From: Candidatus Latescibacterota bacterium
Lineage (GTDB): Bacteria; Latescibacterota; UBA2968; UBA8231
Assembly (NCBI GenBank): GCA_965204725.1
Contig: OZ242005.1
Location: forward strand, 1,568,001 to 1,632,000
Direction: 5' to 3'
Length of the DNA: 64,000 nt
In this document: positions 56,282 to 64,000 of the stretch, in pieces
Layout of the letters: every line of letters starts with the position of its first letter
Position numbering within the stretch: position 1 is the first letter of the stretch
Translations under genes and position numbers: made by a program
Notes under the pieces: model-generated
What the model saw: the letters and a program-made list of their open reading frames with translations, nothing else
The model's database searches: none
What the model was told of the DNA's origin: nothing

Positions 56282-57511
56282 ATGGCTACTGAGATCGTCA
56301 TGCCCAAGTTGGGATTGACCATGGAAAGCGGCGCGATAAGCGCGTGGTTGGTAGAAGAGGGTCAAGAAGTGCAAAAGGGCCAAGCCCTGTTGGAGATCGC
56401 CACCGACAAAGTGACGATGGAAGTTGAGGCGCAGGCCGATGGGATCTTGCGCAAAATTCTGGTGCCGCCCGGGGAGGAAGTGCCGGTCTCGACGACGATC
56501 GGCGTCATCGCCGCGGCGGACGAGGACATCGGCTCGTACAGCGCCGCCGCTCCGAGCGACCCGCCGCCGGCTGCTGCTTCGTCGTCAACTCCGACCGCGC
56601 CGGCACCGGCTGCCGCTTCGTCGCCAACCCCGACCGCGCCGCCGGCCCCCTCCGCTGATTCCGAGGGCCGTCGGCCGCATAAGACTTCGCCCAAAGCGCG
56701 AAAAATAGCGGCCGAGCACGGCCTCGACCTGTCGGGCATTAGCGGCAGTGGCCCCGCCGGCCGGATCGTCAGTGCCGATGTGCTGGCTTTGGTCGAGCGC
56801 GTTCAGCCAGCCCCAGCCGCCGCTCCAGTTCCGGCCGCCGAGGGGCGCGTTGAGCTGAGCCGCGCCGAGCAAGTGGCCGGAGAGCGGCTGACGGCCAGTT
56901 ACCAACAAATTCCCCACATCCACCTCAGCATGGACGTATCGGCCGTATGGTTGCAGCAATTTCGCACCGGCTACGAGCTAGAGGGCAAAAAAATCTCCTT
57001 CAACGATCTGATCGTCAAAGCTACGGCCCGCACCCTCAGCGAATTCCCCCGCGTCAACAGCTTGGAAGAAGGGGGGCACTTCCGCTACGCCTCCGAAATC
57101 AACGTCGGCATTGCCGTGGCCGCCGAGCAGGGCTTGGTGGTTCCGGTCCTTCGCGCCGCTGCTGAAAAGACCATCGAGGAAATCGCCTTAGAAGGGACGC
57201 GCCTGATCGATGCCGCACGCCGCGGCCAGTTGCGTCCCGACGACATGCTGGGCGGCACCTTTACCATCTCGAATTTGGGGATGTTCGGCGTCTCCCGCTT
57301 TACCGCGATCATCAACCCGCCCCAAGTGGCGATCTTGGCCGTCGGGGCCATTGAAAACAGGGTGGTCGCTTCTGGGGCCGACGCCTTTGCCGTGCGCCCG
57401 CAGCTAACCTTGACGCTGGCCGCGGATCACCGCGTCGTAGATGGCGCGTTGGCCGCCCGATTCCTCGCGCGGCTCAAGGAAGTGCTAGAGACGCCCGGCT
57501 TGCTCGGCTAG
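56282..57511 (+). CDS. Dihydrolipoamide acyltransferase (E2)
   Basis: Lipoyl domain EIATDKV, Ala/Pro linker, SPKARK..GSGPAGRI binding domain, GGTFTISNLG, DHRVVDG. Confidence 0.95.
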   Translation: MATEIVMPKLGLTMESGAISAWLVEEGQEVQKGQALLEIATDKVTMEVEAQADGILRKILVPPGEEVPVSTTIGVIAAADEDIGSYSAAAPSDPPPAAASSSTPTAPAPAAASSPTPTAPPAPSADSEGRRPHKTSPKARKIAAEHGLDLSGISGSGPAGRIVSADVLALVERVQPAPAAAPVPAAEGRVELSRAEQVAGERLTASYQQIPHIHLSMDVSAVWLQQFRTGYELEGKKISFNDLIVKATARTLSEFPRVNSLEEGGHFRYASEINVGIAVAAEQGLVVPVLRAAAEKTIEEIALEGTRLIDAARRGQLRPDDMLGGTFTISNLGMFGVSRFTAIINPPQVAILAVGAIENRVVASGADAFAVRPQLTLTLAADHRVVDGALAARFLARLKEVLETPGLLG

Positions 57512-57523
57512 CCGCCCCTCACC

Positions 57524-57552
57524 TTGACCGCATCTAGGCCGCCGGTTATCTT
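57524..57552 (+). promoter_or_regulatory. Sigma70-type promoter of ftsH
   Basis: TTGACC-17 bp-TATCTT. Confidence 0.55.
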
Positions 57553-57630
57553 CAAAACCGCAAAAATTAGGCCCTTTTACCCTTGTGTACCGGGGGTGGA
57601 AGAGCGCGTCCCAGCATTGGCAACCAACGC

Positions 57631-59538
57631 ATGAAACTCGAGAAAAAGACCCAGCTTTCCATTGCGTACGCCGTCCTTACGCTGCTCCTGATCCTGAGTT
57701 TACAAAACTATTTCGACAACCAAGTTGAAACGCTCCCGTACAGCCAGTTCCGGGAGTGGATCAAAAGCGGGCAGGTTATTGAGTGTACCTTTAGCGGCGA
57801 GTACATCCACGGTCGCGCCCAAGTCAATGACCAAGAGATCAGCTTCCGCACGGCCTTTATAGACGATCCCGAGCTCATCGGCCTGCTCGAAGAACACCAA
57901 GTCGAGTTCACCCGTCGGCCCAGCAACAATTGGTTCACCCAGCTTTTGTCGTGGATTCTGCCCGCGCTGATCTTCGTGGGGATCTGGCTGTTTATCGCCC
58001 GGCGCCTGAGCGGCGGGGCCGGTGGCCTGATGTCCATTGGCAAGAGCAAGGCCAAGGTGTACATGGAGAGGGGGACGGGCATTACCTTCGACGACGTTGC
58101 GGGCATTGACGAGGCCAAAGAAGAGTTGCTGGAGATCGTCGAGTTTTTGCGTACCCCCGAGCGGTTTCAGGCCCTCGGCGGCCGGATTCCGCGCGGGGTC
58201 TTACTCGTGGGTTCCCCGGGCACGGGCAAGACCCTGTTGGCCAAGGCCGTGGCCGGCGAGGCGAGCGTGCCCTTTTTCTCGCTCAGCGGCTCGGATTTTG
58301 TCGAGATGTTCGTCGGGGTAGGGGCCGCCCGGGTGCGCGATCTGTTTGATCAGGCCAAAAAACACGCCCCAGCCATAATTTTCATCGACGAGCTCGACGC
58401 CTTGGGCAAGGCCCGGGGGGGTGGCTCTTTGGGCGGTCACGACGAGCGCGAGCAGACGCTCAACCAACTCCTCACCGAACTCGACGGCTTTGACACCAAC
58501 GCCGGCGTGATCATCATGGCGGCGACCAACCGGCCGGAAATCCTCGACCCGGCCTTGCTGCGCCCCGGCCGCTTCGACCGCACCGTGGCCGTGGACCGGC
58601 CCGATGTCAAGGGGCGCACCGCCATCCTCCAGATCCACGCCAAGGAAGTCAAGCTGGCCCCGGACGTAGATTTGCACAAACTAGCCGTGCGCACTCCGGG
58701 TTTTGCCGGCGCGGACTTGGCCAATGTCGTCAACGAAGCGGCCCTGTTGGCAGCGCGGAGAGATAAAAACTCCATCACCATGTCCGAGTTGGAAGAGGCC
58801 GTTGAGCGCTCGGTGGCCGGGCTGGAGCGCAAAAGCCGGGTGCTCAACGAGAAGGAGCGCCGGATCGTCGCGTACCACGAAGCGGGGCACGCCATCGTCG
58901 GCGAGGTGTTGCCCGAAGCCAATCCGGTGCAGAAAATCTCCATCGTATCGCGGGGTATCGCCGCCTTGGGCTACACCCTGAATATGCCGCTGGAGGATCG
59001 CTATCTAATGACCAAGGAAGAGTTAGAGGATTCCTTGGCGGCGATTTTGGGCGGTCGGGCGGCCGAGGAAATCGTCTTTGGCGAAATATCGACCGGCGCG
59101 GCCAACGACTTGCAGCAAGCTACGCAAATGGCCGAGCGGATGGTCAAAGAGTTCGGCATGAGCCAGCGAATTGGCTTGGTCGCGCACCGTGCGGACCGCT
59201 CGCAACAGATGCTGGGCATGATCCCGGCCGACCGCGCGTACAGCGACGAGACGGCCAAGCTCATTGACGAAGAAATCAAGGGCATCATCGGCGCGGGATA
59301 CGTGCGGGCCAAGGCCCTGCTCACCGAGCATCGCCAAGCCCTAGAGGATGTCGTCGAGATACTCTTTGAGAACGAGGTGATGGACGGCGACCAACTGCGT
59401 AACTTGCTCGAAAAGAATGGGATAGAGCTACCCTCTAAACCCAATCAAGAGGCGTCGCCCGGCCGTTCCACCGCCGATCCCCAAGCCAACGGCAACGTCC
59501 CGCAGCCGGAAGAGCGCGAGGCCCCCGAGGCCCCCTAG
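57631..59538 (+). CDS. ftsH: ATP-dependent zinc metalloprotease FtsH
   Basis: Two [38 protein letters not shown]. Confidence 0.97.
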   Translation: MKLEKKTQLSIAYAVLTLLLILSLQNYFDNQVETLPYSQFREWIKSGQVIECTFSGEYIHGRAQVNDQEISFRTAFIDDPELIGLLEEHQVEFTRRPSNNWFTQLLSWILPALIFVGIWLFIARRLSGGAGGLMSIGKSKAKVYMERGTGITFDDVAGIDEAKEELLEIVEFLRTPERFQALGGRIPRGVLLVGSPGTGKTLLAKAVAGEASVPFFSLSGSDFVEMFVGVGAARVRDLFDQAKKHAPAIIFIDELDALGKARGGGSLGGHDEREQTLNQLLTELDGFDTNAGVIIMAATNRPEILDPALLRPGRFDRTVAVDRPDVKGRTAILQIHAKEVKLAPDVDLHKLAVRTPGFAGADLANVVNEAALLAARRDKNSITMSELEEAVERSVAGLERKSRVLNEKERRIVAYHEAGHAIVGEVLPEANPVQKISIVSRGIAALGYTLNMPLEDRYLMTKEELEDSLAAILGGRAAEEIVFGEISTGAANDLQQATQMAERMVKEFGMSQRIGLVAHRADRSQQMLGMIPADRAYSDETAKLIDEEIKGIIGAGYVRAKALLTEHRQALEDVVEILFENEVMDGDQLRNLLEKNGIELPSKPNQEASPGRSTADPQANGNVPQPEEREAPEAP

Positions 59539-59568
59539 CCTACGGCGGCGATGGCTTCCAACTCGACG

Positions 59569-59637
59569 GCTGCCGGTTGGTTGAGGCGGAGGGGGAAGTT
59601 GTAGGTTTAGCTCGCTTCGTTTTTCCTCCACAGACAT
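59569..59637 (-). pseudogene. Possible N-terminal remnant of a RidA/YjgF-family gene
   Basis: MSVEEKRSELNLQLPPPPQPTGS resembles Rid1-type N-termini; similarity then stops. Confidence 0.35.
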
Positions 59638-59646
59638 GATTCAAGA

Positions 59647-59701
59647 CTGGATTCCCGCCCCGTGTCGGGGCACGGGGTGACGTTCTTTCGCGGGAACGAC
59701 G
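59647..59701. repeat. REP-like palindromic repeat family B, copy 2
   Basis: Matches 56163-56217 with two substitutions. Confidence 0.85.
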
Positions 59702-59733
59702 ATAGCGCGTCTTCACCAAGTCGATGCGCCCTG

Positions 59734-59760
59734 CTGGATTCCCGCGTTCGCGGGATGACG
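59734..59760. repeat. REP-like family B, short core copy
   Basis: CTGGATTCCCGCGTTCGCGGGATGACG, lacks the internal insert. Confidence 0.75.
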
Positions 59761-59801
59761 CCTCATATAGGACGCCCAATAATGACTCCGGCAAGAGAGC
59801 G

Positions 59802-61028
59802 ATGCGCAGCGTAAGGCTCGTCAAAGGGAGCGTTCTCGAACCTTTGGCCAATGGCGATTTTGTGCGTCTGTGGTTGGCCAACGGCCTGTGGTGGCAGGCC
59901 ATGTGGATGGAAATGCTGGCGCTGGGGTGGCTGGCTTTGGAGTTGACTAATTCCCCGTGGTGGGTCCAAGTCATCGGCTTTTACCGAGCGATCCCCCTGC
60001 TGGTTATGGGTTTGTTCGGCGCGGTGATTACCGATCGCTTTAAGCGGCGTTACATCGTTTGGACCTTGCAGTTAGTCAATGTGCTGGGGACGGGGCTGTT
60101 GGCGTTGTTGCTCTTTTTGGATCGGCTCGAATTGTGGCATTTGTCCGTGGTGTCGCTGGCATTGGGCGTCTCTTGGGCGTTGGATTGGCCCACTCGGCGC
60201 AGCATGGTGCCCGATCTAGTCGGCAAGGCCCGCACGGTCGATGCCATGGTGCTGGAGAACGTCATTCAGGGGTTTACGCGCATTTCTGGCCCCTTAGCGG
60301 CGGGCTATGTCACAGCGGCTTATGGCAGCTTGGGGGCGCTGTTGGTGTTGGTTGGGCTAGGCATTGTGGCGTTGTTTTTGTTGGCGGGCCTCAAGACCGA
60401 TTCCAAGGCCCCTGGTGCGGGTGCATGGGCGGCGGGCTGGGCCGGGCGGCAGGGCTGGGCCAGTATGCGGGCCTCTGCGCCGATATTCGGAGTCTTTCTC
60501 GTCACGATCTTTATGAACGTCTGGGCTTTTCCGTATATGAACCTACTACCGGTTTTTGCGCGGGACATATTCGGGCGCGGCCCGGAAGCCATGGGGTGGT
60601 TGGGCGCGGCTAGTGGGGGGGGCGCGATTGTGGGCTTGGCCGCGGTCCAACTAAGCCGCAGGAAGCTGAGCAACGAATGGCTCTTTGTCACTGGCTCGTT
60701 GCTTTCGTGCATGGGCGTCGTTGCCTTTGCCTTGAGCGGAACCTTTGGCCTCGCCTTGCTGATGCTGTTTTGCTCTGGGTTGGGGCAGGCGGGCTTTAGC
60801 ATTATGCAGAGCAGCATCATCTTGGTGGAATCGTCGGACGAGATGCGGAGCCGAGCCATGAGCACCTTGGTCGTGGCTATTGGCGTCGGCCCTTTTGGCC
60901 GCTTGCAGAGTGGGGCGATGGCCGAGGCGTGGGGAGTACAGGGGGCTGCGGGCGTCATGGCGGGGCTGGCGGGGCTAGGGACTGTGGGGACGGCGGTTTT
61001 GGTGCGGGGGTTTTTGGGCAAGAAGTAG
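59802..61028 (+). CDS. MFS transporter
   Basis: DFVRLW, ITDRFKRR motif A, PTRRSMVPDLV, EMRSRAM; 12 TM segments. Confidence 0.92.
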   Translation: MRSVRLVKGSVLEPLANGDFVRLWLANGLWWQAMWMEMLALGWLALELTNSPWWVQVIGFYRAIPLLVMGLFGAVITDRFKRRYIVWTLQLVNVLGTGLLALLLFLDRLELWHLSVVSLALGVSWALDWPTRRSMVPDLVGKARTVDAMVLENVIQGFTRISGPLAAGYVTAAYGSLGALLVLVGLGIVALFLLAGLKTDSKAPGAGAWAAGWAGRQGWASMRASAPIFGVFLVTIFMNVWAFPYMNLLPVFARDIFGRGPEAMGWLGAASGGGAIVGLAAVQLSRRKLSNEWLFVTGSLLSCMGVVAFALSGTFGLALLMLFCSGLGQAGFSIMQSSIILVESSDEMRSRAMSTLVVAIGVGPFGRLQSGAMAEAWGVQGAAGVMAGLAGLGTVGTAVLVRGFLGKK

Positions 61029-61136
61029 GGAGGAGTTTGGAGAGGGAAAAGGAAAACCTATATTTCGGCGGCACTTTAAGCATTAGGCCAAGTCGGGGAT
61101 CGAATAGACCATGCAGGACAGATTGAGGGATAGACC

Positions 61137-61340
61137 ATGAAAAAATTATCGCGGATTACACTCGACCCCGCTGTCATGGGTGGCAAGGCATGCATTCGCG
61201 GGTTACGAGTGACGGTCGGAACCGTTGTAGGACTCTTGGCAGTGGGTCGGTCTCCCGAGGAAATTTTGCAAGCGTACCCTTACCTCGAACCAGAAGATAT
61301 CGATGAAGCTCTGGCCTACGCAGCATCGATACGAATCTAA
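61137..61340 (+). CDS. DUF433-family antitoxin-like protein, no partner toxin
   Basis: RITLDPAVMGGKACIRGLRVTV, EEILQAYPYLE.EDI..AL.YAA. Confidence 0.88.
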   Translation: MKKLSRITLDPAVMGGKACIRGLRVTVGTVVGLLAVGRSPEEILQAYPYLEPEDIDEALAYAASIRI

Positions 61341-61351
61341 AGGAGAATGAT

Positions 61352-62647
61352 ATGGTCCAGTCTTTGTTTAGCGATGCCAGCCAGCGGCTGGATGAAGCGC
61401 TTGAGTATGCGTCTATTTCTGAGGACGCCATTGAGCGGCTCAAGTTGCCCAAGTCGAGTTTGAAAGTCTCTATCCCGGTGCGCATGGACAACGGGGAATT
61501 GCGCATTTTCTCGGGCTACCGAGTGCGTTACGACGACACCCGAGGCCCGACCAAAGGCGGCATTCGCTACCACCCAGACGTGTCCATCGACGAAGTTCAG
61601 TCCTTGGCTTTTTGGATGACCTTCAAATGCGCGTTGGCCAATTTGCCCTTTGGCGGCGGCAAAGGCGGCATCACGGTCAATCCCAAGCAACTGTCCCATT
61701 TTGAGCTGGAACGACTCAGCCGGGGCTATATCGACGCCATGGCCGACTTCATCGGCCCGGACATCGACATCCCGGCCCCGGATGTCTATACCAATCAGAT
61801 GATCATGGGTTGGATGGTGGATGAGTATAGCATTATCAAGCGGCAGATCACGCCCGCGGTCATCACCGGCAAGCCCTTGACTATGGGGGGGAGCCTAGGG
61901 CGCGATACAGCGACCGCGATGGGGGCCTTTTTCACCATTGAGGCCACTTGGCCCAAGCTCGGCTTTAGTGGGTCGCCGGGCACTACGACTGTGGCCGTGC
62001 AAGGTTTTGGCAATGCCGGGGCCATCGTCGCTGAATTGCTCTTCAATGCGGGGTATAAGGTCGTCGCCGTAAGCGATTCCAAGGGCGGCATTTACCGGCG
62101 CGAAGGGCTCGACATCCCCAGCGTGCGTCAGTTCAAGGATTCGACCCGCACCCTCAAGGCGGTGTACTGCGAGGATACGGTATGCAGCATCGTCGAGCAC
62201 GAGACCATCACCAACGAGGAATTGCTCGCGCTCGACGTGGATATTTTGGCACCAGCGGCCTTGGAAAACCAGATCACCGAGGGCAACGCCGGCGACATTC
62301 AGGCCAAGGCGGTGTACGAACTGGCCAACGGCCCCACGACCCCGGGAGCCGACGCGATCCTCCGTCAGCGGGACGTGGTGGTATTTCCCGACATCTTGGT
62401 CAACGCCGGCGGCGTGACCGTGAGCTATTTCGAGTGGGTGCAGAATCGCCAAGGGCTGTACTGGACTTTGGACGAAGTGAACCAGCGGCTCAAGCAGAAA
62501 ATGGTTGAGGAGTCCGAGCGCATTTGGGCCATTGCCCAACAGCAGGGGATCGCGCCGCGCACCGCCGCGTACGTCCACGCCTTGAACCGGATCGGCGATG
62601 CTGTCCAAGCCAAGGGGACTAAAGAGTACTTCACCGATGGGGCGTGA
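61352..62647 (+). CDS. gdhA: Glutamate dehydrogenase
   Basis: GPTKGGIRY, LPFGGGKGG, DIPAPD, VQGFGNAG, ANGP, NAGGVTVSYFEW. Confidence 0.95.
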   Translation: MVQSLFSDASQRLDEALEYASISEDAIERLKLPKSSLKVSIPVRMDNGELRIFSGYRVRYDDTRGPTKGGIRYHPDVSIDEVQSLAFWMTFKCALANLPFGGGKGGITVNPKQLSHFELERLSRGYIDAMADFIGPDIDIPAPDVYTNQMIMGWMVDEYSIIKRQITPAVITGKPLTMGGSLGRDTATAMGAFFTIEATWPKLGFSGSPGTTTVAVQGFGNAGAIVAELLFNAGYKVVAVSDSKGGIYRREGLDIPSVRQFKDSTRTLKAVYCEDTVCSIVEHETITNEELLALDVDILAPAALENQITEGNAGDIQAKAVYELANGPTTPGADAILRQRDVVVFPDILVNAGGVTVSYFEWVQNRQGLYWTLDEVNQRLKQKMVEESERIWAIAQQQGIAPRTAAYVHALNRIGDAVQAKGTKEYFTDGA

Positions 62648-62683
62648 CGCCGTCCGACCTTAGTACGCGACACTCCGTTGCGT

Positions 62684-62734
62684 CCGGGATCGAGGGCGTC
62701 CCGCCCTCGACGAGGGCAAGATGCCCTCGATCCT
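62684..62734. repeat. REP-like palindromic repeat family A, copy 2
   Basis: GGATCGAGGGCGTCCCGCCCTCG-A-CGAGGGCAAGATGCCCTCGATCC. Confidence 0.8.
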
Positions 62735-62743
62735 CTGGCTGAA

Positions 62744-62772
62744 TTGACGCTAGGAGGGACGGCGGCTATATT
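62744..62772 (+). promoter_or_regulatory. Sigma70-type promoter
   Basis: TTGACG-17 bp-TATATT upstream of 62811. Confidence 0.65.
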
Positions 62773-62810
62773 GCGCGAGGTTTAGCATTCAGCAAGATAC
62801 AGGAGACCCG

Positions 62811-63575
62811 ATGCCTACTTCAGTGATTGGCGCCCAGTTGTTTACGGTGCGCGACTATGCCAAAACTCCAGAGGACATTCGTCAGACCTTCGCCAAGGTG
62901 CGAGCGCTTGGCTACGAGGCGGTGCAAGCGTCGGCCCTAGGGGCTATTGCGCCGGCCGAACTCGCCGCGATAAGCGAGGCCGAGGGGGTGCAGATCGCGG
63001 CTACGCATACCAGCTACCAGCGCATCTGCGACGAACCGCAAGCCGTCGTGGAGGAGCACCAGATGTGGGGCTGCCGCCATGTGGCTATCGGCGGCTTGCC
63101 GCAAGAAAACCGGCACCACGAGGGCTTTGTGCGCTTTGCGGCCGAGGCTTCGGAGGCTGCGCGGCCCCTCATCGACGCGGGCCTGACCTTTAGCTACCAC
63201 AACCACAGCTTTGAGCTGGAGCGCTTTGCAGGGCGCACGGGGCTGGACATCCTCCGCGAGGAGAGCGACCCGGCCGTCTTTTCCTTTGAAATGGACACCT
63301 ATTGGATCCAACACGGCGGCGGCAACCCGGCCTCGTGGTTGGACAAGTTCCGCGACCGCATGCACCTCGTCCATCTCAAGGACCTGAGCATGGATGGCGC
63401 TAGGCAATGCTTCGCCGAAGTTGGGGAGGGGAACTTGGAGTGGGGGCCTATTCTCACGGCCTGTAAAAGGGCGCAAATCGAATGGTACTTGGTCGAACAG
63501 GACATCTGCCCCGGCGACCCCTTTGCCAGCTTGGGTCTGAGCCTGCGCAACCTGCGGGCCATGGGGTTGGACTAG
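62811..63575 (+). CDS. Sugar phosphate isomerase/epimerase (IolE-like TIM barrel)
   Basis: AQLFTVRD, YHNHSFE, EMDTYW, VHLKD, EVGEG, VEQD. Confidence 0.9.
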   Translation: MPTSVIGAQLFTVRDYAKTPEDIRQTFAKVRALGYEAVQASALGAIAPAELAAISEAEGVQIAATHTSYQRICDEPQAVVEEHQMWGCRHVAIGGLPQENRHHEGFVRFAAEASEAARPLIDAGLTFSYHNHSFELERFAGRTGLDILREESDPAVFSFEMDTYWIQHGGGNPASWLDKFRDRMHLVHLKDLSMDGARQCFAEVGEGNLEWGPILTACKRAQIEWYLVEQDICPGDPFASLGLSLRNLRAMGLD

Positions 63576-63584
63576 GAGGAAATC

Positions 63585-64000
63585 ATGCAGGAAGTGCTCG
63601 TTCCTTGGGCCGCTTGGTACGGCGAGGCCCCGTTCAAAATGGAATTTCCCGACCATTGGGACGTGGCGGTTCACCGGATGCGCGGCGGGCCGGACATTGG
63701 CGACGCCGGCATCCGTCGGGTGCTGCAAGAGGCCATTGGTGCTCCGCCGTTGCGCGAATTCGCCCGCGGCCGGTCTTCAGCCGCCATCTTGGTTGACGAC
63801 CTGTCGCGCCCCACGCCGGCTTTTCGGCTGTTGCCTTATGTGCTCGAAGAGTTGGCCGCGGCCGGGATTGGGGCCGATGCCGTAAAAATTATCTGTGCGC
63901 TGGCGGCCCACCGCCCGATGACCCGCGACGATTTGGTCAAGAAGGTCGGGTTGGACATCGTCGATACCATGCAGGTTCTCAACCACAATGCCTACGAGAA
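63585..64000 (+). CDS. LarA-family (lactate racemase domain) protein, 3' end outside window
   Basis: Not in the ORF track; read manually from ATG 63585 after AGGAGG: ..AILVDDLSRPTP..IICALAAHRPMT..KKVG..NHN. Confidence 0.8.
   Translation, partial: MQEVLVPWAAWYGEAPFKMEFPDHWDVAVHRMRGGPDIGDAGIRRVLQEAIGAPPLREFARGRSSAAILVDDLSRPTPAFRLLPYVLEELAAAGIGADAVKIICALAAHRPMTRDDLVKKVGLDIVDTMQVLNHNAYE

Noticed and set aside
56163-59760. Repeats as a possible CRISPR array
   Set aside because: Copies are dispersed, lack regular spacers, and no cas genes are present.

Overview
GC-rich bacterial chromosomal window with about 57 protein-coding genes, one tRNA-Asn(GTT) and no prophage, integrase or CRISPR array. 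Gene content (rny, sigma54, Wzi-like and GT39/TPR envelope genes, fused OFOR alpha) suggests a diderm non-proteobacterium such as Latescibacterota/Gemmatimonadota; this is inference only. Most genes are housekeeping or metabolic (ssb, eno, nth, sodA, folE, rny, dxr, queD, korAB, hemE, ftsH, gdhA, msrAB). The most notable locus is 18470-23140, a variant phage-shock (Psp) system. It has a sigma54 promoter with two PspF-type enhancer palindromes, pspA, two non-canonical membrane proteins (one with a winged-helix tail), a soluble TPR histidine kinase and a PspF-clade AAA+ activator. That activator has gained an intact receiver domain and has Arg where E. coli PspF has the PspA-contact residue W56, so Psp appears rewired from PspA-mediated inhibition to two-component phosphorylation. 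Other oddities: several intact but motif-degenerate proteins (UvrA-like, IscU-like, AbfD/HpaB-like, a pseudo-receiver), a structured anti-SD-rich leader before a sigma factor, a frameshifted GT2, a 131-bp MITE and two REP-like palindrome families. Comparisons to named reference proteins are from recalled motifs, not from database searches.
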